A DNA stretch of 64,000 nucleotides from assembly GCA_016190505.1 (NCBI GenBank), contig JACPQM010000043.1, forward strand, positions 9,188 through 73,187, read 5' to 3'. The notes beneath the pieces are model-generated. The model was not told the origin of the DNA and did no database searches. It was given only the letters and a program-made list of their open reading frames with translations. Below are positions 18,682 to 29,600 of the stretch, piece after piece; the stretch's first letter is position 1; each line of letters opens with the position of its first letter. Position numbers and translations under genes: made by a program. The stretch is from Chloroflexota bacterium. GTDB lineage: Bacteria; Chloroflexota; Dehalococcoidia; JACPQK01.

Positions 18682-18710
18682 TTGACAGTTGCCCTGCCTG
18701 GTGGTAGAAG
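18682..18710 (+). promoter_or_regulatory. TTGACA-N17-TAGAAG candidate promoter ~180 nt upstream of the flavoprotein gene
   Basis: Perfect -35 with 17-nt spacing. Weak -10. Structured leader downstream. Confidence 0.25.
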
Positions 18711-18884
18711 TGTGGCGTCAGTGCCAAACGGGCACTGGCTGGACAGGTAGGGCAGGCTTCCTAACCGGCCCTACGGGGGTGATTAGCGGTGCCTGGGGGT
18801 GTAGGCCAATGCAACCCCCCTCGCAGGTCGGGTTTCCTGACCCGAACTCACCGAGAGACAGTGGATTCAGGCACAGGAGAGAGC

Positions 18885-20405
18885 ATGTCTGACCAATGGC
18901 AGCATGAGACCGACGTGCTGGTCGCCGGCTACGGCGTAGCCGGCGCGGTGACCGCGATTGTGGCCCACGACGCCGGGGCACAGGTGCTCCTGCTGGAAAA
19001 GGGGAAGTACCCGGGGGGCTGCTCCGTGCTGGCAGGTGGGGGCATAAACTGCTGCGGCGATGTCGAAGCCGGTGTGGCCTACCTGCGCACCCTGTCCGGC
19101 GGGCGCGTGCCCGACGAGCTTATTCGTCCCTTTGCCGAAGGGCTGGCCGGCAACGAGGCCTTCATCCGCCGGCTGGCTGAGGTGGATGGTGCCCGCATCT
19201 CCCTCAACAAGACCTACCACGGTCAGCCGGTCGGCGTCTATCCCTTCCCGGGCCGGGAGGCGTGGTACTACGTCAGGATACTACAGGTCCCCGGGTTTAG
19301 TGGTTTCCCCTATGTGCAGGGGGCCAGCACTCGGGGCACCGCCATGTTCAAGCTGGTCATGGACAACGTGGAGGCCCGTGGCATACCGGTGTGGCTGGAG
19401 GCACCCGCTCGCCGCCTGGTAACGGACCACGGTAGCGTTGTCGGCGCGATAGTAGAAAGAGATGGCCGCGAGGTAAGGGTACGGGCCAGACGGGCGGTGG
19501 TGCTGGCCACCGGGGGCTTCGAGCAGAACGAATGGATGCGGCTCCAGTTCCTCCAGGGCAAGCCGTTTCACTCCATGGCGCCAGTCACGCATACGGGAGA
19601 TGGTATTGCCCTGTCCCAGAAGGCGGGGGCGGCCCTGTGGCACATGTGGCTGGTGCACGGTTCGTATGGTTTCAAGTTCCCGGAGTTTCCCATCGCCTTC
19701 CGGCACCCCTTCGGGGGGCATCGTAACCCCAACCGCCGCATGCCCTGGATCGTGGTGGACCGCGTGGGCCGGCGCTACATGAACGAGTACCATCCCGCCT
19801 CGGCCGACACCAACCACCGGCCCATGGAGGTCTTCGATCCAGACCTTCCCGGCTACCCGCGCATCCCTTCCTTCATGGTCTTTGACGACGTGGGCAGGCA
19901 GCTTGGGCCTATCGGCGACCCCATCGCTTTTGAGCCTTACATCTACGAGTGGAGCAAGGACAACAGCAAGGAGTTGGACAAGGGCTGGATAGTCGCCGCC
20001 GGTACGATCAGCGACCTTGCCCACAAGCTGAAGGAGGTGCCGGAGAACGGCGGTCTGATGGCGCCAGAGGTGCTCGATACCAGCGTCGCCTCTTGGAACC
20101 GGCAGGTCGAGGCCCGGCGCGACCCGCTGCTGCGGCCGCCGGGGACCATGATGCCTATCGCCACGCCGCCCTTCTACGCGGCCACCGTGTGGCCCATCAT
20201 AAGCAACACCCAGGGTGGCCCGCAGCACAACGAAAGACAGCAGGTGCTGGATGCCTTCGGCCAGCCCATCCCTCGCTTATATGCCGTGGGGGAGCTGGGC
20301 TCTTTCTTCGGGCACCTCTACGAGCAGGCCAGCAACCTGGGGGAGTGCTTTTCCTCCGGGCGCATCGCGGCCAAATACGCGGTGCAGGAGCCGCCGTTGC
20401 CATAG
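18885..20405 (+). CDS. FAD-dependent flavoprotein oxidoreductase (FAD_binding_2; fumarate-reductase/3-ketosteroid-dehydrogenase-like)
   Basis: AGGAGAGAG SD before ATG 18885. Dinucleotide fold DVLVAGYGVAGAVTA…LLLEKG. A C-terminal FAD-closing motif is present. Confidence 0.8.
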   Translation: MSDQWQHETDVLVAGYGVAGAVTAIVAHDAGAQVLLLEKGKYPGGCSVLAGGGINCCGDVEAGVAYLRTLSGGRVPDELIRPFAEGLAGNEAFIRRLAEVDGARISLNKTYHGQPVGVYPFPGREAWYYVRILQVPGFSGFPYVQGASTRGTAMFKLVMDNVEARGIPVWLEAPARRLVTDHGSVVGAIVERDGREVRVRARRAVVLATGGFEQNEWMRLQFLQGKPFHSMAPVTHTGDGIALSQKAGAALWHMWLVHGSYGFKFPEFPIAFRHPFGGHRNPNRRMPWIVVDRVGRRYMNEYHPASADTNHRPMEVFDPDLPGYPRIPSFMVFDDVGRQLGPIGDPIAFEPYIYEWSKDNSKELDKGWIVAAGTISDLAHKLKEVPENGGLMAPEVLDTSVASWNRQVEARRDPLLRPPGTMMPIATPPFYAATVWPIISNTQGGPQHNERQQVLDAFGQPIPRLYAVGELGSFFGHLYEQASNLGECFSSGRIAAKYAVQEPPLP

Positions 20406-20412
20406 GGCGCGC

Positions 20413-20436
20413 TCGAAGGGCCAAACTGCCCTTCGA
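20413..20436. terminator. 9-bp stem hairpin tcgaagggc-caaact-gcccttcga right after the flavoprotein stop
   Basis: Seen directly. Confidence 0.5.
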
Positions 20437-20816
20437 CCTCCAGCGGGTGGGAGACGATGCCCCAGTGCCCAATGCGCGGGAAGTGAGAGTGGGTTGCCGT
20501 GCGCCCCATTGGCGGCATCAACTGAGTTGCATCGTACCGGCGCGGGCGCCGAGGGTTTGCCGGCGCTCCCACCTTCGCTTTGGGGGCTGGCAAACGGCGG
20601 GCCGATACAACCAGGTGGAACAGAGCGCTATTGTGTGCCATGCCCCCCCTGTGCTACGGTGGGCAGTGGTGAGGGACCTAGTGCAGTGGTCCCTGGATTG
20701 CCCAAGGTCACAGGACGCCACTTGTCCCCGGCTTGCTTCTGACCCGTGACCCCAGAGGGTCAACATGTCAGTCTAGATCCCGAGCGTACTCCATCTGGCT
20801 GGGATGCGGGCAACAG

Positions 20817-23624
20817 CTACTCACCTGCCTCAAACTCCAACCCCAGTTGTCTGGCGGCCTCGCGCATGGTCTTGAGCGTCTGGTCATTCTCGTCAAGCGA
20901 CTGGTCGGCGCCGGTTTCCATCTCGAACTGGATCCCCAGGCTGAGCTTCTTGAGGTGCATACGCGCCGCCGGCCCCACAAACGCCCTGAAGATGTCCGCC
21001 CAACTCTCCTGGGGCACAGACCCTCGGATAACCAGGCGCCGGACAACGGGTTTGGTGGGCGTTGGCGGTGTTACCGGTCCTTCGACGGGCCCCGGCTGAA
21101 CACCGCCGCCACCCGTAGGTTCGCCCACGCGTGGCTGAGGGGCACCGGTGAGTGGTGGCGTCAGTGGCGCAATCTCGAATGGCGGAATCACCCAAACGCC
21201 ATCCTCGTTGGGGTCAACAAATACGGACTGCCGGCAATACTTCGCTTGAAGGTTCGAGACGGTCACGCCTCGACCGATGCCAACGAGTCCATCTTTACAT
21301 GCTTGGGCCAGGCCAGTGCTCACCGCTTCCTTTGATGCGATCATGGGCTTATCTGAGAAGCGCAGGAAGGCATCCACTGCGTCTCTGACACGGATGGCCC
21401 CCGTTTCGGGCACGAGGCCGGTATCCTTGAGGGTTACTGATCCCACGCGGGGCAGAATCCATTCCTCGTCTTCCACCAGGGTCTTCCACAGATAACCCAG
21501 GTGTTCGGGGAAGGAAGTTCGAGCATCGCTTAGCACCACAGGTTCAACCTCTTGCTTGGCAATCCTGAGTGCGATTGTGTAGGCTGGGCCGAGGGCTTCG
21601 AGCGCTGATTTGTCGGCCGCCTCGATGCGCTTCTTGAGATCGTCTTTCTGCTCGCCGTCAAGCTGGCTGCCGTAGTCGGACTGGATTGCCCTGAGGGCAG
21701 CCCGCTCGCTGTACGCCTGCCGGAGTTTGCTCAACCCTCGCGACGTGGTGGCCAGAAAGAGCAAGGTGTTTCGGTAGAGCCGGTCCTTCGCGCCGCATTT
21801 GGTGCTCAGCTCCATCACGCGGTTCTTGACTAGCACCTTGCCTGCTTCATCCTCTCCCCAGGCAAGCGACGGCGGAAGCAGTAGGAGGCAGAGGCTTCTT
21901 TGCTCAGGCAATTCGGGGTCCGGGTTAACAAGTATCCTCCAGGTGGGGCCACTGGCCCAACCTTTCTGGGATTGGGTGTTGAGCGCATCGAGTATCTCTT
22001 GATCGAAGTTCTTGCCGGCGAATTGTTGGCGGTACTGGACCAGGAGCTTGTTCAGTGTCGGCTTGGTCCCGAACCAGTACCGTTTACCCAGGCTGCCGGC
22101 CAAGGCCGTATACAGGAAGAACCCGCGGTCTTCAAGCTCCAGAAGCGCGCCGTCGTGGTAGTTCCAGTTGAGTCCGGGCCTGGAACATGCCAGCTTCAAG
22201 TCCCTGGCGGTGAAGCCCGACTTGGCCCCCTGGCCACCGAAAGAGCCGAGCAGCATCGCGGCGGCCAATCCCTCGGCGATGCGCTCCCGGCGATAGTCCC
22301 CGCCGCGCTCCTCGTCCAGGGCGGCCGCCGTCGATTTCTCGCCCAGGACATCGGCGGCCACCACCGTCTGGTAAGCCGGCCCCCACAACCGGGTCAGCGC
22401 CGCCTGCATAGCGTCCACCGACCAACGAATATGGCATGGTTGAATCAACGGTTGCGATTCGGTGTAGGTATCCCGATGTTTCCAGAGATCGCCGACAACG
22501 CTGGCCAATAGCCTCAGCACGCCGCGAGTCCTCTGGAAGTCCGGGTGGCTGCCCCAGCGCATGTAGAGAGCATCGATCAGCGCCGGGTGAAACGGATAGC
22601 AGCGCTCGATCTGGTCCCGGTAAGTGGTCTTCGCTGCCTCAGCGGGGACCTCGCCGGAATGGGCAGCGTAGGTGGCCTGGTACTCGGTCGCAACCTTGCG
22701 AGGGTAGTCCTTGTCTCCGTTCGAGACGGACTCAAAAAGGCGGCTTCGCACCACGGCGTAGATTTCATCGTCAGCTACCGGCCTCACATCCGCGCCCAAC
22801 CGCTGGAACCGCTTCTCCAGTGTGATGAACGCCTCTTGCCCCTTCTCACTCTGGGCAACCTCGAACTTGCTGGCCGGGAGAGTGGCAACGACGACCGCTC
22901 CGGGGACCTGTTGCACCGCTTCCGTGAGTTGCTGAATGAACGAGATCGTTTGATCGGCAAGGGTGGTGTCTCCGACCGGGACGGCGGCAGCGCCGACGCA
23001 GTAGTCGGCCAGCTCGTCCAGCAAGATAAGACACGGCGACGCCGTTCGCAGGACCTCCACGAACAGACCATGTGGAACGCGCTGCGTCTCATCGTTGGCG
23101 CGGACCTTCTCGTAAAGAGCCTTGCCGCCCAGTTGGAGAGCTAGCTCGCCCCACAGGGTGTGGGTATGCACTCCTTCCGGCGTCTTCCGGCCTTGAGTGG
23201 CGTCACAGCTAGCATTGGTGAACACGGCCACGCCGCGCACCTTGTCCGGGAAGTGGTTGTCCAGGACCCGGCGCAAGTCTTCGGAAGCCGGCGACCCCTT
23301 GAGAAGTCCAGCGTGCTTCGCCAGATGGTAGAGCGCCACCAGCGTATGAGTCTTGCCGCCGCCGAAAGCGGTTTGAAGGCTGATGATGCGGTCGCCCGCC
23401 TCTCCGCCCTGAAGGGCCACCGAGACACGCTTCAGAACGGTGGCAAGCCCAACGGTCATGTAGGTCTTGCGGAAGAACTCCTCCGGGTTGAGGTAGACTT
23501 CGGGCGCCGTACCCTGGACGACAGCCCAGATGTTCGCCGCGAAGACCGCTTCCTCAAGCCTGCCGGCGCGGATGTCCTCGTGCGGGATGGCCACGGCGTA
23601 CCAGGGTTTCAAGGTTTCGGCCAT
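20817..23624 (-). CDS. DUF499-type AAA+ ATPase (BrxC/PglY-like N-terminal region)
   Basis: N-terminus …LKPWYAVAIPHEDIRAGRLEEAVFAANIW… Walker A (GGGKTHT) and Walker B (CLILLDELADY). GGAGGGG SD 5 nt before the ATG. 22-nt gap after the methyltransferase gene. Confidence 0.8.
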   Translation of the reverse strand: MAETLKPWYAVAIPHEDIRAGRLEEAVFAANIWAVVQGTAPEVYLNPEEFFRKTYMTVGLATVLKRVSVALQGGEAGDRIISLQTAFGGGKTHTLVALYHLAKHAGLLKGSPASEDLRRVLDNHFPDKVRGVAVFTNASCDATQGRKTPEGVHTHTLWGELALQLGGKALYEKVRANDETQRVPHGLFVEVLRTASPCLILLDELADYCVGAAAVPVGDTTLADQTISFIQQLTEAVQQVPGAVVVATLPASKFEVAQSEKGQEAFITLEKRFQRLGADVRPVADDEIYAVVRSRLFESVSNGDKDYPRKVATEYQATYAAHSGEVPAEAAKTTYRDQIERCYPFHPALIDALYMRWGSHPDFQRTRGVLRLLASVVGDLWKHRDTYTESQPLIQPCHIRWSVDAMQAALTRLWGPAYQTVVAADVLGEKSTAAALDEERGGDYRRERIAEGLAAAMLLGSFGGQGAKSGFTARDLKLACSRPGLNWNYHDGALLELEDRGFFLYTALAGSLGKRYWFGTKPTLNKLLVQYRQQFAGKNFDQEILDALNTQSQKGWASGPTWRILVNPDPELPEQRSLCLLLLPPSLAWGEDEAGKVLVKNRVMELSTKCGAKDRLYRNTLLFLATTSRGLSKLRQAYSERAALRAIQSDYGSQLDGEQKDDLKKRIEAADKSALEALGPAYTIALRIAKQEVEPVVLSDARTSFPEHLGYLWKTLVEDEEWILPRVGSVTLKDTGLVPETGAIRVRDAVDAFLRFSDKPMIASKEAVSTGLAQACKDGLVGIGRGVTVSNLQAKYCRQSVFVDPNEDGVWVIPPFEIAPLTPPLTGAPQPRVGEPTGGGGVQPGPVEGPVTPPTPTKPVVRRLVIRGSVPQESWADIFRAFVGPAARMHLKKLSLGIQFEMETGADQSLDENDQTLKTMREAARQLGLEFEAGE

Positions 23625-23646
23625 TGTCCCCTCCTATGGCGGTACA

Positions 23647-26616
23647 TCAGAACAGCCGGCCATCGGTCCGATTCCGCATGGCTTCAACCCGCAGAGTCTG
23701 ACGCTCGCCCAGGATGGCATTGACCAGTTTCCAGTCCTCGATGTCATGCGGCAGCACTTCAAAAAGCGCCTGGGCTAGCTTCCAGAACGGGCCATCCTCC
23801 AGGAGATCGCGCTCTGCGAGATACTTGACCAGTTCCGGCCTGTTCTCTTGTTTCCATAGCAATATGGAACGATGGAGGGAATCTATAAGTGGCGGATTCG
23901 GGTCAATCCCGAGGCCCCGGCGCTCCGCGCGGTCTTTGAGGAGCGCCAGGCGGCACGTGGACCCGTCCACCACGAATATGCCGTGTCCCCTGGCCACCTC
24001 CATCGCGCTCTCGGCGTCGCCGCCGATCTGGACTACCAGCCGGGCATCGTCCCAGGCCTGCTCGCCGACTCCGTAAAGGTTGGCCCACACGAAATAGAGG
24101 CGCGAGAGATTGTCGCCTTCAAACTGACCCGCGATGGCTTTCAGAGCAGACTCGCGCACAAGCGCCAGCAACTCTGGAACGCCGACGGCAGTCCCATCGG
24201 CGCGCTCCACGCGCTCGTAGCGACCAAAGACGCCGACGGCCGGACCATAGCAGGCCACGATCAAATCCACGCCGCGCAACCCGTACCCAAAGAAGCGATG
24301 CACGCTCTTTGCGACTACATCATCGAGCTCTCGACGCACGTCACGGAACGATGCCGCCGCACCCACTTCACGTGGGCGGCAGACAACGGTGATAGAAGAA
24401 GCCAGTGCAGAACCAGCGAGCGCAACAGCCCGGTTACCGCGTTCAGTATCAATGGGGAAGCTTGCCGTTATGTTCAAACCAGCCTCGAAGAGAGCTTTGA
24501 TGAGCGCTGTCCAAGCTTCAGTAGATTGGTGAGCGAACATAACCGCCAGCACGCCGTTAGACTTGCACAACCGCTTCGCTTCGGCAAAGCAAGCGGCCAA
24601 CTTTGAAGTGCAATGAACCCTTGCTCGTTCGGCATCACCGCCGTGCCGATGCTTGAGAGCCGTTGCTTCATCGTTCTTCGGGGTGAGGGGCGTCGAGAAA
24701 ACCTCAGGGAGTTGGTCGCCCAGTCCACGCTTGAGCCACACGTAGAAAAAGTCGGAAAGATCGGCATAGGCAATGGCATCGAAGTAAGGCGGATCAGTGA
24801 CAACGGCATCTGTTTGGCCTTTCGGGAACGACAATCGCCCGCTGTCGCCGTTGAAAACACAACACTCTGGAGATGAGACACCAGGAGGCAACGACTCGTG
24901 TATGAGCACACGCAGTATCCAGTCGAGTTGGCTTAATCCGCCGCCCGTTGCCTCGTTGAATGGATTGACCTCTGCATAGTCCCATATTATTGGGATGGAT
25001 TGTTTAGTGAAAACATGACCGAAGAACTCGCCGCCAGGAGTCCATGTGGCGAAACTCGCCAAGTAGTCAGCGGACTTGCTCGCCCACAAACCCAAGTACG
25101 CTGAAATCGCTTTCCGATATTCAGAGTCTTTCTCGCGCTCTTCTAAGTTGGTGAGGAAACAATGTAAACACGCCATAAGGGTTTGCATGGTCAGCAGTTG
25201 GCGAGGGTTGAACAGGGATCCCCACGTCTTCAGTCCGTAGAGGTGAACGCGGATGCCCGTAGAGTTGGAAATGCCCTCACCGTCACTCCCGGTGATTTCG
25301 GGCAGAATGAGTTCCTTTGGCCGCTGGATCGATTCCGCCATTCTCCTGGCTTTCTCAAACGCTTCCAGGTCGGTAGCCTCTACCGGGCGGTAGTCCTTTC
25401 CCTGTGGGGTATCTGTTATGACCGCAACCATCCGTTCGCCCATCTTTCCTTCCAGACCCGCACGGCGTAAATCATCAACTGGCGTCGTCTGCTGGCAAAT
25501 TGGACAACGCACGCTGCCGCGTCCCTTCTCTATCATCGTGCCAGCAGTTTCCTTGATGTCGAGGTTCTTCGCAATCCCGAAGACCACTTCTTTGCCATTC
25601 CGCTCCATCGTCAGCGCCACGCGCTTTTTGTCCTTGTTGCACACAAGGAGACTGCGCAGCAACGGAATCTCGGCGCGGCAGGTCGGGTTGGAGCAAGGCG
25701 CAGTACGTGCCCACAAATAGCCCACCACCGGCTTGCCATCCTTCCCCGGCGGATACAGATGCCCAATTCTCTCTTTGGCTTTCGCCAGAATCCACTTCGC
25801 CCAATAGTCCACGTCATGGGCAAGCACGTTGGCAACGTCAACCTCGCGCTCGACCTTCCTGCCAAACTCCTCGACCGTTGTCTTTCGGATGCCGGGCTTG
25901 CCGTACTTCTGAGGGAACTCGCAGGTGGCCCGCAGAATGAGGTAGGCCACCGGGTTGTAGTCGTTTGCTATGGCCTGGCAGCCCAAGCGTCCGGCTTCCA
26001 GAGGGATCGCGCCGCCGCCGGCGAACGGGTCGAGCACCACCGGTGTTTTGCCGCCATTCGCAATATGCACAAGTTCGCGCGCTATGCGAAGAATCTCTCG
26101 CCCCTGTTTGTTCTCAGGGTTGCTGGTCTCCCACTTGACCAGGCAGCGGTCGTCCAGAACCTCGTTCGGCGGCGGCTCTTTCACCTCGCCGTTCTGCGCC
26201 ACCGCCTGCCCCGAATCGAAGGCGATTTGTTGCGGCGACCATTTGGCGATGAAGGTGAGCAGGCGATTACGGGGCGTATCGAGGATGTTCTTATAAGGAC
26301 GGTACGGGTCAGCGTCGTTGCGCGGTTTGTTGTTTTGCAGGTACGACTTCAGAATGGTCGGTATGCTGTCTTTCAGCAGGCGATTGACCGCGTCGCGGAA
26401 TTCGGCGGGACAGCGGGGGTCATCCGGGTCCGGCACCAGCGAGGCGAAGACCACAGCGCGGGACGCTGCCAGGGGTCGCCGCGCCCACCACAGGTGCAGC
26501 GTGGAGATGTGCCCGTGCCGCAACGACTTGTCTCTCACGCTTTCGACAGAAATCTCTCGAATGGGGAGAGCCACCTCGATGAGGCGCGGACAGAAGTCGT
26601 TGGTTTTGTCGCTCAT
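23647..26616 (-). CDS. DUF1156-type N6-adenine DNA methyltransferase (Zn-ribbon-containing)
   Basis: Signature HISTLHLWWARRPLAASRAV. Motif I is DPFAGGGAIPLEAG and motif IV is TDPPY. The ATG overlaps the helicase stop by 1 nt (TAATG). Confidence 0.85.
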   Translation of the reverse strand: MSDKTNDFCPRLIEVALPIREISVESVRDKSLRHGHISTLHLWWARRPLAASRAVVFASLVPDPDDPRCPAEFRDAVNRLLKDSIPTILKSYLQNNKPRNDADPYRPYKNILDTPRNRLLTFIAKWSPQQIAFDSGQAVAQNGEVKEPPPNEVLDDRCLVKWETSNPENKQGREILRIARELVHIANGGKTPVVLDPFAGGGAIPLEAGRLGCQAIANDYNPVAYLILRATCEFPQKYGKPGIRKTTVEEFGRKVEREVDVANVLAHDVDYWAKWILAKAKERIGHLYPPGKDGKPVVGYLWARTAPCSNPTCRAEIPLLRSLLVCNKDKKRVALTMERNGKEVVFGIAKNLDIKETAGTMIEKGRGSVRCPICQQTTPVDDLRRAGLEGKMGERMVAVITDTPQGKDYRPVEATDLEAFEKARRMAESIQRPKELILPEITGSDGEGISNSTGIRVHLYGLKTWGSLFNPRQLLTMQTLMACLHCFLTNLEEREKDSEYRKAISAYLGLWASKSADYLASFATWTPGGEFFGHVFTKQSIPIIWDYAEVNPFNEATGGGLSQLDWILRVLIHESLPPGVSSPECCVFNGDSGRLSFPKGQTDAVVTDPPYFDAIAYADLSDFFYVWLKRGLGDQLPEVFSTPLTPKNDEATALKHRHGGDAERARVHCTSKLAACFAEAKRLCKSNGVLAVMFAHQSTEAWTALIKALFEAGLNITASFPIDTERGNRAVALAGSALASSITVVCRPREVGAAASFRDVRRELDDVVAKSVHRFFGYGLRGVDLIVACYGPAVGVFGRYERVERADGTAVGVPELLALVRESALKAIAGQFEGDNLSRLYFVWANLYGVGEQAWDDARLVVQIGGDAESAMEVARGHGIFVVDGSTCRLALLKDRAERRGLGIDPNPPLIDSLHRSILLWKQENRPELVKYLAERDLLEDGPFWKLAQALFEVLPHDIEDWKLVNAILGERQTLRVEAMRNRTDGRLF

Positions 26617-29600
26617 TAGTCCTCTTTACTACCGTCAAGCTGAAGCTCGGTCCCCTGGCTCGCCCAGTCGGATTCGTCTACCAAGAACTGCACGTTGCGG
26701 TAGAGCATCTCCGGGTTGAGGTTAGGGATGGGGTCCTGGATCATCCGAAGTCTTGGCCGCTCATCCTTGCAGAGGGTCACGATATAGAGCCAGCCGCGCG
26801 ACTCCAGTTGTTCCAGCTTGTCCTTCTCCGGCCCGGTCAACACAATGGCGCCCGACTGTGCCCGCCCTTTGACCTCAATGAAGCGCTTTTCCCCCGCAGG
26901 CCCTTCGGACCGGATGTCGTAATGCTCGCCATCCTTGTGTACGTCAACCGGCTTCCATCCCCTCCCGCGCTCGTAGCGCATGACGCAATCCATCGCTATC
27001 TGCTCGACTTCATCGTCGCGGCGCATGGGGAACCCGCGTGATGGACCGGGACCCTCGCCCTCCACAATGGCCTCTTGAGCGGGGATGGTTACGGCCTGGG
27101 TGATGATGTCGGGGAGATTGGCCGTGAGATTCAACATCAAGTCCAGTTCCTTCATCCGCTCGACTTTGCGCGTCTTGAGGTCAACGATGCGTTTCTGAAG
27201 CCGTTCCCGTTCCTCGGCGTTGATTTCACCAAACAGGCTGGCGTGTTGTAGCTCATTGAGGTGGCCCTGAAGTTCAAGGATCAAGTCAGTGAACGCTGTG
27301 TTGAGATACTCACGCCGGACATTGCATTCTTCTTGTCTGGCCGCACTCGTTTGGCCGAGTTGCTTCTCCGTGACCGTCTCGTAGGCCCAGGCTTGCACCT
27401 CCTCGGCAGAGTGGGCCTGGGCGCCAGGCGTATCAGGTTGTTGAATCGGAGGAATGCAGTTAAGGAGATAGGAGGGGGAAGTTATTCGCAGCCCCATGTG
27501 GTCCGCCGCCACAACTGCCAGGCGTTCGTGAGCCAGGCGAGTGCGCGATTCATTCCGGCCATCCTGAATCGTTGAACGCACGAGCCAGACGTGCTGGGGC
27601 GTCGCGATGTTTGGATCGACCAGCACAGCGCCCCTGGCGAATGCGTGGCGCGCCTCCCGAATCGCCCATCCTATGACGGTATCGAAAAGAACGTGCCCTG
27701 GCCCCAGGAGCTTTGTGCGGTCGGGAACGCGGACCTTGCTGGCCACGCTCACCAGTTGCTTGTCAAAGACAAAGGGGGTGTCATAGTGGTCGGAAATCGG
27801 CGTCCTTCGCTCCTTTGCCAGGTCTAATAGAGCAACCGGCGTCCGGCCAAGGTTCCACACCGGGAAATGCTGGTCTTGTTGGATAGTTCCCCCACAGGCC
27901 ACCCAGGCTTTCTCAAAGAAACGTTGGACAAAGAGGGGTTGCAGCTTTCGTTCGTCCGAGGCATCTCGTAGCTCGCGAGCCGCCCGAAGGTTGAGATGTG
28001 ATGCCAGGGAAGTCTTCTTCTGAAGCGCTACGAGTTTCTCCGCTTTCTCTTGGCTGGCCAGGATCAGCGCCTCTGTGGTCTCTTCCTCTGCCCCCGTTGC
28101 ATCCTCAGAATCAATAGCCCTTTCCATCAGACTGACCAGGGGCACGCCTTCCAGCCAGTCGTCGATGACATCATAGACCCGGTCTGAACCCATCTGGTCC
28201 CGCATGACATCCAACTTCGAGAGTACGTGTCGCAGAACGGAGCCTTCTCTGGTGTTCTGCGCGACCAGGTTGTAGACCCACACATCATCATTCTGGCCGT
28301 AGCGGTGGACACGCCCCATGCGCTGCTCCAGGCGGTTTGGATTCCAGGGTATGTCCCAATTGATCAGGAAGCGGCAGAACTGAAGGTTGATACCCTCGCC
28401 CGCGGCGTCGGTGGCCACCATGATCTTGGCTCGGGTCCTGAACTCACGCTGGGCGCGCTTGCGCTCGTCCACATCCATGCTCCCATGTATGGCAGCGACG
28501 GAGTAGCCCATATCTTCCAGCCGCTTGGCCAGGTTGTCGAGCGTGTCTTTGTGTTCGGTGAAGATGAGCAGCTTTTCGTCCTCGGTCCGGATCACTTCGG
28601 AGGTGTCGAGAACCTTGAGCAACTCTGTGAACTTGGCTTCCTTGTGATGCTTCAGAGTGGCCGCCAAGTTGAAGAGCCGGTCTACTTCATCGCGCTCCTC
28701 TTCGACCTTGGCCGGGTCGTCCGTCAACACTTGCCCGAAGATGCGCTTATCGATCCGGTCTCGCTCCTCTTCAGTCATGTCTTCGTATTCAGAGATGTCG
28801 CGAGGGTCTGTGGGATCGGTGTCGCCGCCGAGCAGCCTCTTCTTCTCGGCGGCGGTCTTGCGAGGGTCGCGCAGGACGACCAAGACCTCAGTTAATGCCT
28901 TCAGGCGGTTCTCCAGCGTCCGAGTTATGGCATAGATGCTGCTGGCGAGACGGCGCTGCATGACCATGAGGGTCAATTCGACATTTCGGTTCTTCTTGGC
29001 TTTCGCTTCCTTACGCTTCGAGCGGACGTATCTGGTAACCTCGTCATAGAGAATCTTCTCTTCGGGCGTCAACTCGTAGCCGAGAGTCTTGGTGTGCCGG
29101 TCTTTGAAGAGTGGCTGGTTGTCCCAATCAACCATCTCTTCTTTCAGGCGGCGTAGAAAGAAGCGATTCCTGGCCGCACTGATCGGCTTCTCGCCTTCAA
29201 AATCTTCCCCGCCGGCTTCGAACGCGGCAACTTGTTCGCGGACCCGTTTCGAGACGTGCTCATCCTTCTGGAAGAGGTCTTCATCGAGGAGCAGTAGCAG
29301 CCGCCGGAAGGTGTCTTTGCGGCCCCGGTGCGGTGTAGCTGTGAGGAATATGAGGTGGTCGGTCTTGTCAGCTAGGGCCTTGATGGCCTTATACCGTTCG
29401 CTTTCTTCGATCTTGGTTCCGTACTCATAAGCCGAGAGCTTGTGAGCCTCGTCCACGACAACCAGGTCCCACTGTGTCTCTTGCGCAGCCTTGAGGCACC
29501 CTTCGTTCCGTGCCAGGAAGTCAATGGAGATAACGAATATGCCATCCTCGTAGCGTGAGAACTGCCCGGGCTCAGCCTCAAAAGAAGGCCGGTTTACCAG

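Noticed and set aside
20406-20816. tRNA or integrase att site flanking the defence operon
   Set aside because: No cloverleaf-compatible sequence or integrase gene was recognised by eye. The result is inconclusive without tRNAscan.
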